Position numbers and translations under genes: made by a program
The notes under the pieces: model-generated
Told to the model about the DNA's origin: nothing
Databases searched by the model: none
What the model saw: the letters and a program-made list of their open reading frames with translations, nothing else
NCBI GenBank assembly: GCA_052426225.1
Contig: JBNJNM010000012.1
Span: 2,294,001-2,358,000, forward strand
Source: Zancudomyces culisetae HAW-14-8
Lineage: Eukaryota > Fungi > Kickxellomycota
DNA: 64,000 bases
Direction of reading: 5' to 3'
In this document: in pieces, positions 1 through 11,159 of the stretch
Layout: the number at the start of each line of letters is the position of its first letter
Position numbering within the stretch: position 1 is the first letter of the stretch

Positions 1-248
1 CTTCGTCAGGCGACAAATAATCTTCTTTACAAGAAGAATCTAACATGGAGTCGTAGATTCAACACAGATCGGTACTTATACCTTTAAGTCTTTCTACTAT
101 AGCCAACCTGTTGTTATTTTTGTAGTGTAAATCGGTTTTAAATGTATTACTTTTTGTAAAACTGCCCTATACAATGGTCCCATTGAACAAAAAAGTATAT
201 GCAACTAGATAGCCACAGTATGATGTAACTGTGAATTGAGCAACGCAT
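1..248 (-). CDS. Possible 5' end of a spliced gene running off the left edge (MRCSIHSYIILWLSSCIYFFVQWDHCIGQFYK...)
   Basis: ATG at 248 followed by a hydrophobic, signal-like N-terminus. Two ~42-nt GT-AG introns (150-108 and ~81-40) keep a frame open to the edge. These introns are short for this genome and I recognise no homology. Confidence 0.25.
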
Positions 249-319
249 TTTCGCCACCTAAAAACGCGTAGAACAAAGAAAAAAAAATACACGTCAAATC
301 AAATAAAAAAATGCAAAAA

Positions 320-587
320 GTTTCTGCGCACCCAGTAGCTCTGCTATCCCTCGACCGTTACGACGCGTGCGGTTTTCGCTGCTCTGTTGCCAGCCTGACG
401 CGTTCCCCACATCTTTAATAGCCATGAGCACCCAGAAGCCTGCGCTAGGATGCCATTGCCAACGCCATACTTCGAGCGGACAGAGCCTCAAGTGCTGCTG
501 TGCAAGACAGCATCTGACAGAAACATTAGGTTTTTAACAGCCCACCTCTTTGGCGAGGATTTTCAGGTGGATGCAACCCACCAGGCC
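320..587 (-). ncRNA. Signal recognition particle RNA (7SL/SCR1)
   Basis: The minus strand has helix-8 CAGG-CUG-GCAA-CAG-AGCAG (human CAGGUCGGAAACGGAGCAG) and UGUCCGCUCGAAGUAUGGC (human UGUCCGCACUAAGUUCGGC). It has two 5' Alu hairpins, and the 3' GCAGAAAC pairs with GUUUCUGU. A T5 Pol III terminator follows at 315-319. Confidence 0.9.
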
Positions 588-761
588 GAAATAACACTGA
601 AAATTCTGGATTTTATGGAATCAAAATTATGTTTAATAATAGATTATGGGGAAAAGCTTGGTTGTTTGTTAGTTTTTCATTTTTTAAATATGCAAAATAA
701 TAAATTAGCAATAATTTGTGTGTCTGATAAGGTAACATTAACATTTTATGTGTAAATACCT

Positions 762-798
762 AAAACAAAACAAAACAAAACAAAACAAAACAAAACAA
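762..798. repeat. (CAAAA)n microsatellite
   Basis: Tandem aaaac units seen directly. Confidence 0.9.
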
Positions 799-866
799 CA
801 CAGGACATGCAAAAAAATATTAAAAATATAAAAGTGAGACTCAAAGCTAATAAACCCAGAAATACA

Positions 867-2648
867 CTACATCGGCAAAACCTTATACGGATTCAAGATC
901 CCTTTAGGATCAAATACACACTTTACTTTTTTCATTATATCTATCACTTCCTGTGACTTGGAGTAAAATAGCTTACTGGGCTTAGCTACACCCAGTCCAT
1001 GCTCAGCTGAAATTGAACAGCCATTTTGTCTACACCACGAAAATATATACTCATTCAGCATAGCTCCAAATTCATCATTTTTAATTTCCGTAGCAACATT
1101 CAAATGAAGGTTCCCGTCACCCATATGTCCGAATCCCGTGATGTACCTGATATTGGGATTACACTCTTTAAGTAGTTTTGACGGTTCTGATCCCATAAAT
1201 TCGTTTTTTAATTTTCCCACAATGCTGTACATGATCTCTATTGGCATCGAAATATCATACATATGAACGTGAGAATATATATTAATACCCCTGATCATAC
1301 GCTCTCGTATTTGCCAAAACTTGTTAATCTGAGATTCATCTTGAGCTATAACACCATCTTGCACAAGAGATTTTTCCATGGCATCCTGAAAAAAACTTTC
1401 CAGCTTCTCGCGATCATGTAATGCATTAGAGCCACTTGTTTCAAGTAAAATATAAAAATTATGGTATTTCGCAGGAAATGGGTTCTGAATATTCAGATTC
1501 TCAACCACCAACTCTAGACTCTTTTGATCCCAAAATTCAAAAGCAGATATCACTTCATTCATCTTCTCCCTTGCAAATTTAAAAGTCGCTCTCACGTCTT
1601 CAAAAGAATCAAGTGCCAAAATTGAAACAGAGGTATGTTGTGGTCTTGGTTTTGTTAAGATTTTTACTGCTGCAACTATTCCCAGCGTTCCCTCAGCACC
1701 AATAAAAAGCTGGTTTGTATCAAATGTAACGACATTTTTATGTCCATGATGCAAGTTTGTAGAAAGTGTATCCAATATCGAACCATCAGGCAAAACCACC
1801 TCTAATCCTAAAACTGACTCATGTAAGGTCCCATACCGTATATAGCGCACGCCGCCAGCGTTGGTCGATACATTACCTCCTATATGACAGCTTCCCTTTC
1901 CCCCCAAATCAATCGGCATTATATACCCGTTCTCCTTCGCATAATCATCAAGGTGTTCCAAAATACATCCAGCGTCAGCTATCAAAACACCCGTTTCACT
2001 ATCAAAGCTTCTTACTTTGTTCATGTTGGACAAACAAAGTATTACTTCATCAAATACTGGGTTTGCGCCGCCATATACTCCTGAGTTGCCCCCCTGAGGA
2101 ACTACCGGTATATTATTGGTGTTACAATATTTCAAAACGCCGCTTATTTGTTGCGTATTTTCTGGCAAAAGAACAATGTTCGAATGACCAATATATTCGC
2201 CCTCCCAACCGGTATTATATTTTTCCAAATCGTGCTCTGTATGTGACCCACCAAGCTTTTCTGATATCAGTACCCCATTGGAAGGCAGGATACTCTTGAA
2301 ATATTCAACATCGCTCCGAGTTATTTGTTTAAATCGCTTTGCATGTGTACTAACATCCACCTTGGTTGAGTATGAATAATTACTTGAATTAAAATACATT
2401 CCCTTTTCTTTGTAGAAATGGTCACTGAATTTGAACCTGGGCAGTTTTCCACAGCGCTTGAAGAAATTTCGAGTTTGAATTTGCTGGAATGAAGGCGCCA
2501 TGCCATTCTTAATTGTATTTTGGCAGTCTCTTATTAAGGAAACGCTTTTTGACGGTGTGTATGCGCTCCTTTGGGTAATAGCGAGCCCAAATTGCGCATA
2601 CGTGCTATTGAAGTTGCCCTTGTAGTGTTTTAGAGTCATTTGTACCAT
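867..2648 (-). CDS. FAD-linked D-2-hydroxyacid dehydrogenase (D2HGDH/DLD2-like), probably mitochondrial
   Basis: 593-aa intronless ORF with PQGGN, IGGNVSTNAGG, QLFIGAEGTLG, GHMGDGNLHLN, SISAEHGLG and FDPKGILNPYK motifs. The long basic N-terminus makes the true start uncertain. Confidence 0.93.
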   Translation of the reverse strand: MVQMTLKHYKGNFNSTYAQFGLAITQRSAYTPSKSVSLIRDCQNTIKNGMAPSFQQIQTRNFFKRCGKLPRFKFSDHFYKEKGMYFNSSNYSYSTKVDVSTHAKRFKQITRSDVEYFKSILPSNGVLISEKLGGSHTEHDLEKYNTGWEGEYIGHSNIVLLPENTQQISGVLKYCNTNNIPVVPQGGNSGVYGGANPVFDEVILCLSNMNKVRSFDSETGVLIADAGCILEHLDDYAKENGYIMPIDLGGKGSCHIGGNVSTNAGGVRYIRYGTLHESVLGLEVVLPDGSILDTLSTNLHHGHKNVVTFDTNQLFIGAEGTLGIVAAVKILTKPRPQHTSVSILALDSFEDVRATFKFAREKMNEVISAFEFWDQKSLELVVENLNIQNPFPAKYHNFYILLETSGSNALHDREKLESFFQDAMEKSLVQDGVIAQDESQINKFWQIRERMIRGINIYSHVHMYDISMPIEIMYSIVGKLKNEFMGSEPSKLLKECNPNIRYITGFGHMGDGNLHLNVATEIKNDEFGAMLNEYIFSWCRQNGCSISAEHGLGVAKPSKLFYSKSQEVIDIMKKVKCVFDPKGILNPYKVLPM

Positions 2649-5600
2649 TCACCTATATTTTCATACTACAAGAGTAGTTTGGTATTCCCGTTTCAGCTGT
2701 TATCAAACAAGAAAAAAAAAACTAAGCACGAAAAAAAAAGTAAACAAGCTGACAAAAAAACGATGAAACAAACCAGACATTCAATCACACTACCTTGGCA
2801 TTCTTTGGAATGTGTTTTATGCAATCGCATCAATTAAAAGTTGGAATTCAATCTTAATCGTATCACCCCCAGACAAGATCCACAAAGCAAATTTTAGTTA
2901 GAAGCACAACATTTGTGACTTTAAAATCGCAGACTCGAATGTGTATTAAAAAGTCGATACTGGTAGCTATAAAATGAATATGCTCGAGTGTAAAGTGCGG
3001 CTAGTCCAGCACACTTCCCACTACAACATGTTAATTTCAGAAATTGAGCTTCCACTACTCACATTATAACTAGTATTTTGGTATTGTTGTGCACTTTGGC
3101 AACAGGGTACTTTAATATATAATTATACAATAGTCAGCATTTAATCCCAATACGAGAATAGATATATTCTATTCTTTGGTTTTAATTTCTGCTGTAAAAG
3201 AGCATCGAAGTATATACATTAATTTTATTGCGGATACCATTCCAATAATGCGGACATAAATATAAGAATGAATGATAAACACGTCTAATAACAATTTTCA
3301 AACAAGTACTCCAGATTATTTGTTTTGCAGATATTTTTTAAATGAAAAAATAACATGATTAAGTGCTAATCCAGGAGCTCATAATCGGTATGAGTTGCTT
3401 TTCTTTGAGAAGACTGTTTTTATCACACATTAATTTATAAAGCTTCCATAAGATAATACCATATGTAAATATCCTGAATATCAAAGTGGTTAGATTTGGG
3501 CTTGAAAAGATAAATTTGATATAACAGCGGAGCAGAGTATCAATCTTTGTTACTTTGTGATCCAAGCAACTTCTACTCATCTCTTGCTTTAGTGGGTGCA
3601 TAGCAAATATAATGTGAAAAAACGGAACCGCTTGCTATTCATGCCTTTATTTTTTATTATTGGATATTAACTAGTTTCATATAAAACTTGCGGTTTAAGT
3701 ACATGAAAAAATATTTTTGCTTGAACCACAATACTTTAAATGACATTTCTGAAAAGTATATTTCGTGGCTTTGAGTATTGATTTAAACACAATTGCGTTA
3801 AATTAGAGTTCAATAGTGACCACATGAATCTCAATACAATAAAAAGTTGTAGACTAGGAGTACCTGTGCTTTACAATTAGATCAGCTCGTATAATCACGT
3901 TTTTGCAGTACCTTTTAGTATGGCAAATAATGCCTTTTATTTTGTCAACTCTTGTATCCCTGCATTAGAGTGAGATATTTTATAGAAAAATCATGCCTGA
4001 AAGTTGGGCATGAGGTTATCAAGGTCGTATCAACGGGAAAAAAAAGTGATCTAAAGTTATCAGCAAAGTAGATGGAGCGTATATCTTATCTATTAAACAC
4101 AACTTAAAGCGACATTGAATATGTGACTACTATGGTTTTAAGGCGAACAGTCCGCTTGGTCAGCTAAAACTACTTGAACTATGCCTATTAAGTGCTATGG
4201 GTATCCTACATGGAAAAAATGCATCCAGAAATATACTACTAGGGAATAAAGGACAACAGAAAAAAAAACCTGGGATCAAATTCAAAGCCATATCCACAAA
4301 GCTCCATTCCCAAAGCCGAACTATGAATGCATCTCAGAAACTAGTTGTGGCAGGATGTGGTAGGAAAATATCATGGGGCTGGCTTGTGCTGGTTTTTTCT
4401 TGATACTACAGGTTTTTCTCACCATCTTTCCATGCTTCAAGGAATTGGCATTGGCATTGTTTGTGTTTTTTTCTTTTAAACAGAGAGACTCAAGGCTCTG
4501 TGCTGGGGGGAGAGGGAGAGGGAGGTTATATCTTATGTTAATGGGTGTGACATGAGAATGACATTTTAATTCATCACATTGTGTTCCTTTCTTTATTTTG
4601 CAGGTCATTGACCACATTGTACCAATATTTTTGAGGCTTTTTTTTTCGTCCAATAAACATAAGTGTATTAGTTTAATTAGCTGGGGGATGAGTACTAGAA
4701 GTGCAACAATAGGCAAATAGGGTTAAAAGAAAAAAGTCCTCCAAAGAAAAAGGATTTACGTGTATCCATCTTTAGATTTGGCACAAATTAGGCAAATTTC
4801 TGACCTACCAAACCACGGAATGAGTCACTCAAATTTGCACTAAAAATGAAATGATTGAGGAAAAAAACGTAATAGATTACCATTAATTATAGATGGAGGC
4901 TTTTCCTGTGTTATTGGGCATTAGATTAACAAGTTACATTTTGCCCATCCAAGATACATTGTAATTGTACCTATGATAACAAGGATAGGCAGAAACTTAG
5001 GAAGCGAATTACTTGTAGTCTAGAAAACCCGGGTTGCATTAAACCGCCATGATGTGTACAAAAAGGAAAAGCGCTTATTAGTGGGCTAGGAAAAAAAAGG
5101 AAACCAAAACGAATGCAAATAATTTCCCTTGAAATGCAGGTGATGTATGGTGTGTATATCTGGATTGATATTCCACAGTCCTTGTGATGGTTAGCCTTTG
5201 TTTTTACCTCAGCGCTTAAAAGAGCCGTAACATAGCATCCACATGAAACAACCACAATGGAAAAAAAAAAGATGTTACAAATATTGGCTTTCCTCAATAA
5301 TAGTAGGGTGCTTTGTAGATTAACGGCAATTATAAAATTGGGAGGAATAAACGCAGTTGGTGATGTTGTCATTACCAAACAGATACCCACTTGCAACTCG
5401 ATGTTTTGTTTTTTTTACTACTTTCCAAGGTTATTTTTTTGTTACTAGTTTGAATATCAAGTGATAAAAATCAAGGTTGAATTTGACAAAGAAATCTTGA
5501 TAAGCCAATTCAGGTACATTTCCCTTCAATTCCAGAACTATGCAAATTGCAGGGAAAGTAGGCTAAAAATTTTTCTTCCTTTAATGGCTTAGAGCATTTT

Positions 5601-6860
5601 GAAGTTTTCGGGTTTTTCATTGCGACAAAATCTGCCAAATTGTTACAAAGCTGGCATTTGAACTTTATTGGTAAAAATGCAGTAAATAAATGTGAAAAAT
5701 TTTTTTTTACCGGAATGTATGGAAAAAAAAATTTCAACAAGGAAAATAGGCAATTGTAGGGAGTAGCGTGAGCAAAAATTTTAGGTTTGAGCAAGGAAAT
5801 TGGTTGGAGGAATTTGTGTTCTTCCTTCTCCCCCCCTCAAGAACTCTGACAAATGTTATAATTGGAACACTGTAGCACCTTTGTATATATAACTGGCTCG
5901 CGTACGTGAAAACGTTTGTGTACATACATGTTTACCTGTGTTCGTATTTTTTGACTTGATATATTTTTAAAAAAGTTGTTGAATTGCCAGCTCCCCATCT
6001 GTAATGAAGCAATATATAGACATTTAGGGATAAAAAGGTAATTAGGAGTGCCTTAGAAACATTTTACTACATGTACCTTAAAACTGATTGGGTTGGTACT
6101 ACATAAATGTGGCTTCTTTAAGGAGAATAGTGGCAGTATAGTAAGGGTTATATAACTTGTACTGAAATAGATTACTATTAAACGTCGGACAAGCTACATG
6201 CTGTAATTTTACGTGCCAAACTGGGAGCAATACTCAATAGGGCAAACAATATAGAAAATAGATATGAATTTTATAAATTAGATAGTAAAACAAAACACCA
6301 ATACCTATTCAATTAAGAAGGAAACTGGCGGAAAAGTAAATGAATCAATAGAGATACGTTCAAAACCACCATAAGATAAAACCGTTATCATATAAGTACA
6401 TGTGATAGTATTTAAAAAAATATATAATCGGAAAAAAAGCTTATACGACGAGACAAGATAGAGGGTTCTTTTTTTTTTCAGAAACGACATTGAAGGCTCA
6501 GAAAAATTCAGTAAACTTTGAGCACTACTTAAAAAACCTTGATAATTGGAGAGGATATTGTGCGGACGCTGTTGATAAATCTATAAGGATATTATATCTG
6601 GCACGCGGATTCTGAATCATTCACAGGTATAAAGGCGTGGAAACGTATTATACGGTTTTTGATGATAAATATTGGAGGCACTGGAGTCGGTATCAAAAGA
6701 AAAAGTAGACAAACTCGTTTAAAAAATAGAAAAAAGTCTTGAAGGGGCTTAAAGTGAATGAAAAGGTGCTTTTTTTTACTCGATGAGTATAGAGGAATTG
6801 ATATTTAATGCAAGATAAACAAGATAAGACATAAAAAAAAGAGGGAAAACAATAGACTAG

Positions 6861-9800
6861 ATGTATAGCACTCAGAATAAGGCGGAAAAACAAGGAGAAT
6901 CGAAGCTCCAACGGTTAATCGAAGAGAGGCTTGAAACAATGAGCACCATCAGAATATTATCTGAGTTGAGTATACTTAGCAACCGGGTAGGAGTAGGTAA
7001 GGAGACGGGAGAAAACACGTGGAAGAACATGGGGCTTCGAATCAGAGGTGTAGACCATCCCGAAAGGAACGAAGTAGTTATGGCGAAAACATGGGTTACA
7101 GAGGATGCTAAGGCTATTGATGATGAAGAGGTGCTAAAGCGACAGAGGTCAATCTTGGAAGAAGTAAATATGCAAGTGTTTAAGAATGGGACGGCTAGTG
7201 GAGAGCAAGGAAGTATGGCGAAAGAGTCCAAAATAGTAAAATCTAGAGGAACAAATAAGAAAAACAAGAAAGAGGCAGTGGTAGCTGGCGAGCGGCAGGT
7301 GATTGGGGAGGTTTTAGGAGATAGAAAGGAGGATGAAAAGTCAGGGGTTGAGCAGATTGAAAGAGGGGTTGAATGTATGAGAATAGAAGCAGGAGCAGGA
7401 GTTGGGTCTGGGATAATAGGAGTTGGAGTTAGATTAGGAACTGGAACAGGACAAAAACGACGGCAAAAGATGAAGGGATTTATTTTGCCAGGAATTTCCG
7501 TAGAGACAGCAGATAATTTATTGTATAAAATATTGAATATAGATGGCGCCAAAATACAGGAGCGGATGCTCGATTTTTTGCAGATTGAGGGAGTAACGAT
7601 AATGTTGGTGAGATATATAACAGGTGTGTCAAAGACAGAGGTGGGAGAAGTGAAGAAAGAAGGTGAAGGAGTACAGTGGTGGGAAAGGCGAAGTAAAGCG
7701 ATAAGGATGGATGCAGCAGAGCGAAAGCGGGCAGATACGGCGGTGCGGTTGCTTACATCTGGCAGTGCGTGTAGCCAGAGCTTAGTAGAAAAAAATGTAG
7801 TACAGATAGCATATGGAATATTTGAAATGCTTGATAGTAGTGCACGAGGATCATTTGAGCACTTTGGGCAGGTGATGACGCACCTACTCAAGATAAACCC
7901 ACAAAAAGTGACACAACATTTGTTGAGCATGGGTGATGGAGAGCAGCGCGCCAAGCCTGCGGGGTGGATTTCACGACTAGGGTTTGATTTGAGACTGAGG
8001 TCAATAGCAGAGGGCCGTCCGTTGGTGACAGAGATGTTTCCGTTTATTGGGGACAGAAATGTGCAGCAAATATTTTTAAAAGTTGTATTTGGGGGATGGG
8101 AGTGTGGGATGGGGTCTGTTGACTTTGGATTGAGACCCGAGCCCAATTTCTACAGAGTTGGGATATCGCATTCAAAGAGATTGAAGCATATGATCAGTAA
8201 GCATGAGATGCTTCGAAACAACGGATTTTGGGATGGGGTACTGATGAACCTGGAGGACGAGCAGGATGAAGATGCACAGCGGGGTGCAGCAGATCTTATA
8301 AGTGTTTTGGTTAAAAGTCTATGCACAAAGGACGGAATTGAGCAACTGTTTGAACCTATTTCCAATAGCTATTACGTGGTACGACGAATGGCTCAGTTGA
8401 TAGTTAGCAAGCCAGACTTGGAAAAGTATAGTGGAGTAGTGCAGATTCTGGCTGACCTTTTTGGGAAGACTCAATTGCGATATTCAAAATTGGTACGACT
8501 CCAACAAAAAATAAACAAAATAGAATTGACTGATAATGGTGGAGAACAGCTATTACAAGCTGGAGTTACAGGTCGAGCTGAATTGGAGACATTTGTGCCT
8601 GGGTTTTGCTCGCAGCTTACGGGTCTCTATGGTGAATCTGATTTGACTTCGTTTGTTCCTCATTCTCGAAGATTTTCTGGTGAGAGAATATTGCTGGATG
8701 ATAGCTATAACAACAGTGACAATGGTAATAACAGCGAAATCGAGAACGAAAATGAAAATGATAATGAAAATGGAGAGGATGACGAATTTGAAGATTATTC
8801 AAGAGAAACTCAACATTTGAACGCCTCAATGATTAAAAACAGTGATCGAATTACCAAAAAGAAATCTAAGAAACAATCTAAATCCAAGGGAAAATTAAAA
8901 AACGCTAACCAGCCAACTACAAATTGCTGTTGCGAAACCAATGGCAAATACATCGAAAGCGTCGACTTAATGTGTTCAGGAAGCCATTCATCTTCTTTAT
9001 CACTATCACCATCATCGACCCTTTCAGCATCATCAATTATGGCAAACGACGAAGACCTTCTTGAACACTTACCTGATCTTGAAGATAAAGCAGAACTCGA
9101 CTTGCCTGGCACAAATGATCAACAGCAAGACAAATCCAAAGAAAGCGACAGTACCAGCACCAAGCATTCGGCCAGCAAGCAAAAGAAAACGCGGCTGACA
9201 CAAACACGAATTAGACTTTTATTTGTTGTAGTACAGATTTTAAAGGAGACCGAAAACTTTGATGAAGTGATTGGATGGGTTGATTTACGATTATGGGACC
9301 AGTTGGCTCACTGGATGCTTTTACATCCTAAAAACTCACAGCTACAAAGTTTGGCTTATCAACTCATTTCTATGGTGATTCATAATTGCCTCTATATTCA
9401 CAGACAATTGCTGCTGAAATCCTCTAAACTGATCAAGTATTTTTCATCACTGTCATCATCCTCATCGTCATCATATGCTGATATTGACTCTTCGAGATGT
9501 AAAAATGATGACGCCAATTCTACTGCGAGTAGAGTATGTGTAAGCTGTAATCCTCAATACCTTTTCAATTCAGATTCAAATCCAAATTCAAATCCAAATT
9601 CAAATGCAAATGCAAATGCAAATGCAAATTCCAGTTCTGAAGCTAGTCCTCCGGTTCCTGCCTTTACAACTAACTGTCTTGGCTGCAATGTACGGAGAAA
9701 GCTTGCTTGTAACTGTGACAAGGTTTTAACATACCTCATCCACTCTGTAGAGCTACCCAAGCGATTGCTTGAAGTTTTGGACAAAACCTTTTACAAAGAA

Positions 9801-11159
9801 GCCGTTGGGTTCTATCTTTTGATATTGAATTCGTTTAGACTGGCTATCCAGGCCGATAAATATGAGTTGTGGACCAATCTTAGACCCAGCTCGAATCCAG
9901 TACCCGTGGCTAGCAGTACTGGAAGCGTTAGCAGACAGAAACCTAAATCTAAAAAGCGACCAGTGATGCATCACAAACACACCAGTAAACATACTAGCAT
10001 ATCACTCCAGCATAGACAGCTACACAAAAATCATAAGACAGTCTTAAAAGGTACTAGTGGTGATAAAGCAAATGCTACTGCGAGGGTTTCAGATGAATTT
10101 GATGATAGTGATGAGGATTCTGATAGCCTTAATCAATTGTCATCCCACAACGAGCAGGGTGAAGCAAATGCCAACGACGATGACGACGGTTATACTGATA
10201 TCAATAATGACAAACAAAAAGAACACACCGCTCCCAGTGACAAGAAACACGATACAACTGGTAATAAGAATATTAATACCAATATTTTTGGTAATTCAAG
10301 CGACATCTCTCGGTTTATATTTGACGACTCTTGCGCACTGTTTCTTGAAAAATCAATAGCAACAGCATCCACAACCTCCAACAATAACCTTTATTCAATC
10401 CTCTCTTTTCTTCAACGATGGCAATCCAGCTTACTAACCAACGAACTCTGGATATCTTCAGTAGAGAAGCTCCGCACATTAACATCTGAACAAACTGCGA
10501 TAGATAAAGAGTTCTCACTACTCTCTGAGCGTTTAACTTCTAGCCCTCGTCAGGTACCTGTTAAACCAAAAGATACGCCTGTAGCTTCAGATGCCATCGC
10601 TACCACTCTCAAATCTCCTGAAAAAGCCGATGCTATTTCCCACCAACAGGCCGGGAGAGATCAAAGGAATTACTACAAGAATCTACGTCCAATTCCACAC
10701 TATTCTCCATTCAGGGTTGACATCACCCAGTATAGATTCCACTCCCATCCAAACTCACACCCCAACTCTCATGTTCATGTTCATGTTCATGTTCCTGAAC
10801 ACTTCTATCCACAGAAGAGCGGAAAAGGCGCCGCTGAACCTCCCCCCGGCACTGCCCTTGCAACGGCCTATTCAATAGTTCGCAATGAAAATGATCCCAG
10901 AAGGAATTCCTTTAAAAGGCGCGTAATCTCTCGCTCCATAGACCAAAACCATTGCTTTTTGGTTCTTCCAAACACCATAGCCTCCCCATCCCACAACAAC
11001 CCCAGTATTCCCAAAACGTCTCGCGACAAGGTATCAGCACACCCTTGCTATTTATCTGGAATTGATTTCGGATCGCTGTATGCGTTTACATTGGGCTTTG
11101 GGCTGACTTACTTGCTGCCTTCATCTCCGTTGGCTGCCCCATCATTTGACAATTTATAG
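6861..11159 (+). CDS. 1432-aa helical protein with low-complexity inserts; possibly SAPS/PP6-regulatory-like
   Basis: Long intronless ORF. Helical blocks (QERMLDFL..GV..LVRYIT; HWMLLHPKNSQLQSLAYQLI, loosely like the SAPS FxYPxNNxLH block) are separated by S/N/D/E-rich tracts. The CDS is secure but the family call is weak. Confidence 0.75.
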   Translation: MYSTQNKAEKQGESKLQRLIEERLETMSTIRILSELSILSNRVGVGKETGENTWKNMGLRIRGVDHPERNEVVMAKTWVTEDAKAIDDEEVLKRQRSILEEVNMQVFKNGTASGEQGSMAKESKIVKSRGTNKKNKKEAVVAGERQVIGEVLGDRKEDEKSGVEQIERGVECMRIEAGAGVGSGIIGVGVRLGTGTGQKRRQKMKGFILPGISVETADNLLYKILNIDGAKIQERMLDFLQIEGVTIMLVRYITGVSKTEVGEVKKEGEGVQWWERRSKAIRMDAAERKRADTAVRLLTSGSACSQSLVEKNVVQIAYGIFEMLDSSARGSFEHFGQVMTHLLKINPQKVTQHLLSMGDGEQRAKPAGWISRLGFDLRLRSIAEGRPLVTEMFPFIGDRNVQQIFLKVVFGGWECGMGSVDFGLRPEPNFYRVGISHSKRLKHMISKHEMLRNNGFWDGVLMNLEDEQDEDAQRGAADLISVLVKSLCTKDGIEQLFEPISNSYYVVRRMAQLIVSKPDLEKYSGVVQILADLFGKTQLRYSKLVRLQQKINKIELTDNGGEQLLQAGVTGRAELETFVPGFCSQLTGLYGESDLTSFVPHSRRFSGERILLDDSYNNSDNGNNSEIENENENDNENGEDDEFEDYSRETQHLNASMIKNSDRITKKKSKKQSKSKGKLKNANQPTTNCCCETNGKYIESVDLMCSGSHSSSLSLSPSSTLSASSIMANDEDLLEHLPDLEDKAELDLPGTNDQQQDKSKESDSTSTKHSASKQKKTRLTQTRIRLLFVVVQILKETENFDEVIGWVDLRLWDQLAHWMLLHPKNSQLQSLAYQLISMVIHNCLYIHRQLLLKSSKLIKYFSSLSSSSSSSYADIDSSRCKNDDANSTASRVCVSCNPQYLFNSDSNPNSNPNSNANANANANSSSEASPPVPAFTTNCLGCNVRRKLACNCDKVLTYLIHSVELPKRLLEVLDKTFYKEAVGFYLLILNSFRLAIQADKYELWTNLRPSSNPVPVASSTGSVSRQKPKSKKRPVMHHKHTSKHTSISLQHRQLHKNHKTVLKGTSGDKANATARVSDEFDDSDEDSDSLNQLSSHNEQGEANANDDDDGYTDINNDKQKEHTAPSDKKHDTTGNKNINTNIFGNSSDISRFIFDDSCALFLEKSIATASTTSNNNLYSILSFLQRWQSSLLTNELWISSVEKLRTLTSEQTAIDKEFSLLSERLTSSPRQVPVKPKDTPVASDAIATTLKSPEKADAISHQQAGRDQRNYYKNLRPIPHYSPFRVDITQYRFHSHPNSHPNSHVHVHVHVPEHFYPQKSGKGAAEPPPGTALATAYSIVRNENDPRRNSFKRRVISRSIDQNHCFLVLPNTIASPSHNNPSIPKTSRDKVSAHPCYLSGIDFGSLYAFTLGFGLTYLLPSSPLAAPSFDNL

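Noticed and set aside
294-755. ORFs 294..491 (-) and 450..755 (+)
   Set aside because: They overlap the SRP RNA gene and show no protein features.
2650-6860. 4.2-kb gene-free region with short ORFs
   Set aside because: No coherent exon chain, RNA motif or transposon hallmark was found. It is likely promoter/UTR sequence between divergent genes.
6872-8146. 424-aa antisense ORF (also 39152..39820 and similar shadows)
   Set aside because: These are in-register antisense shadows of purine-rich coding sequence, with S/P/L/F-rich low-information translations.
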